Positions 63,382-64,000 of a stretch of DNA of 64,000 bases are shown one piece after another; positions within the stretch are counted from its first letter, which is position 1, and each line of letters begins with the position of its first letter. The position numbers and the translations under genes are program-made. The notes beneath the pieces are model-generated. The model did no database searches and was not told where the DNA came from. It was given only the letters and a program-made list of their open reading frames with translations. The DNA comes from Thermoanaerobaculia bacterium (GTDB lineage: Bacteria; Acidobacteriota; Thermoanaerobaculia; UBA5066; Gp7-AA6), in contig DASXTI010000062.1 in the NCBI GenBank assembly GCA_036505535.1, positions 124,585 to 188,584 of the forward strand, written 5' to 3'.

Positions 63382-64000
63382 CGCACGACCAAGTTCAGGA
63401 GGCGGTCGGGCACGAAGACGGTCCGGGTGATTTGCTTCCCGTCGACCCACGGCCGGATGCGGTCGTCGGCTCGGACAAGCGCCATCGCCTCGCCTTCCGA
63501 GGCACCTCGCGCCAGCGACAACTTGCCGCGCACGCGCCCGTTGATCTGCACAACCAGCGTGACGTCGGGCGACGTCGCCAGCGCGGGATCGAAGGCGGGC
63601 CACTGCGCCTCCACCAGGAACCCCTGTTCACCGAACCGCTCCCACCACTCTTCGGTCAAGTGGGGAGCGATCGGGTGCAGCAGCTGAAGCAGTGTCTTCG
63701 TCGCCTCCCGCAGGGCGCCCGAGGCCTCGGCCCCCGTCTCCAGGGATTCGACGATTCCTCTCTGGAACTCCATCAGGGCGGCCACGGCCGTGTGGAAGTG
63801 GAATCGGGCGGCATCCTCCGTCACGCGCTCGATGGTGCGGTGCGTCAGGCGCCGCAGCGAGCTATCGCTCGTCCCTTCCCCGCCATCTTCCGAAAGCCGC
63901 TGTACTCGGGCGCACAGATCATGCACGCGGTTCAGGAATCGATGGGCGCCCGCCACACCCTCCTCCGACCATTCGGACTCCTTCTCCGGAGGGCCGACGA
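63378..64000 (-). CDS. leuS: leucyl-tRNA synthetase, C-terminal part (continues beyond window)
   Basis: C-terminal anticodon-binding/editing-adjacent region (HFHTAVAALMEF, VTLVVQINGRVRGKL, VPDRLLNLVV). ORF open to window end. Confidence 0.85.
   Translation of the reverse strand, partial: VGPPEKESEWSEEGVAGAHRFLNRVHDLCARVQRLSEDGGEGTSDSSLRRLTHRTIERVTEDAARFHFHTAVAALMEFQRGIVESLETGAEASGALREATKTLLQLLHPIAPHLTEEWWERFGEQGFLVEAQWPAFDPALATSPDVTLVVQINGRVRGKLSLARGASEGEAMALVRADDRIRPWVDGKQITRTVFVPDRLLNLVVR

Noticed and set aside
1-64000. rRNA, tRNA, tmRNA or riboswitch genes
   Set aside because: No cloverleaf-like or conserved RNA motifs recognised by eye in intergenic regions. The window is densely protein-coding. 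Cannot exclude without a covariance-model search.

Overview
This is a 64 kb, ~70% GC chromosomal segment from a diderm (Gram-negative-type) bacterium. It carries tol-pal, lptE, lnt and lipA in envelope-biogenesis context. It has the codon bias and RRRR-rich shadow ORFs typical of Acidobacteria-like genomes, but that taxonomy is only a guess. I support about 60 protein-coding genes from the translations. They are mostly housekeeping or envelope functions. From the 5' end: an APC permease, M28 and M20 peptidases, SLT and XerC/D, then a Ser/Thr kinase fused to NB-ARC and TPR domains, a LeuA-family enzyme, and a thiolase/3-hydroxyacyl-CoA dehydrogenase/crotonase operon. Next come a second kinase with a PEGA domain plus a TPR partner, DUF1684, NUDIX, prfB with its programmed +1 frameshift, lnt, lipA, SPOR, and a stomatin/NfeD pair. 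The 3' half holds aspartate aminotransferase, TrmH, AMMECR1, an archaeal-type GAPDH-like gene, a NYN/LOTUS protein, YgfZ, EamA and GT2 genes, coaD, peptide ABC transporter genes, a beta-propeller + S55 protease pair, the complete tolQ-tolR-tolA-tolB-pal-cpoB cluster, rpsT, lptE and the leuS 3' end. No rRNA, tRNA, CRISPR or obvious transposon is visible by eye.

The most interesting locus is at 29.0-33.5 kb. A serine-palmitoyltransferase-like alpha-oxoamine synthase is clustered with a 382-aa GNAT-fold N-acyltransferase, an NAD-dependent epimerase/dehydratase-family reductase and a convergent PAP2 membrane protein. This is the gene set expected for a bacterial ceramide/sphingolipid or related N-acyl-aminolipid pathway, and the lipid product is uncharacterised.

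There is also a striking family of intergenic structures. Gene 3' ends carry inverted arrays of tandem heptamers (cores CTGGTT, GATTG, GTCGACA, CGTGAGT, GTAAGAC, CAGTAGT) that form long terminator-like hairpins without U-tracts. One of them, between tolQ and tolR, encloses a perfect SD plus a 15-codon mini-ORF terminating 1 nt before the tolR start. Three copies of an AT-rich palindrome, TATATAAG-N2-6-CTTATATA, also stand out against the 70% GC background. Many long ORFs in the supplied track are GC-bias artefacts and were rejected.
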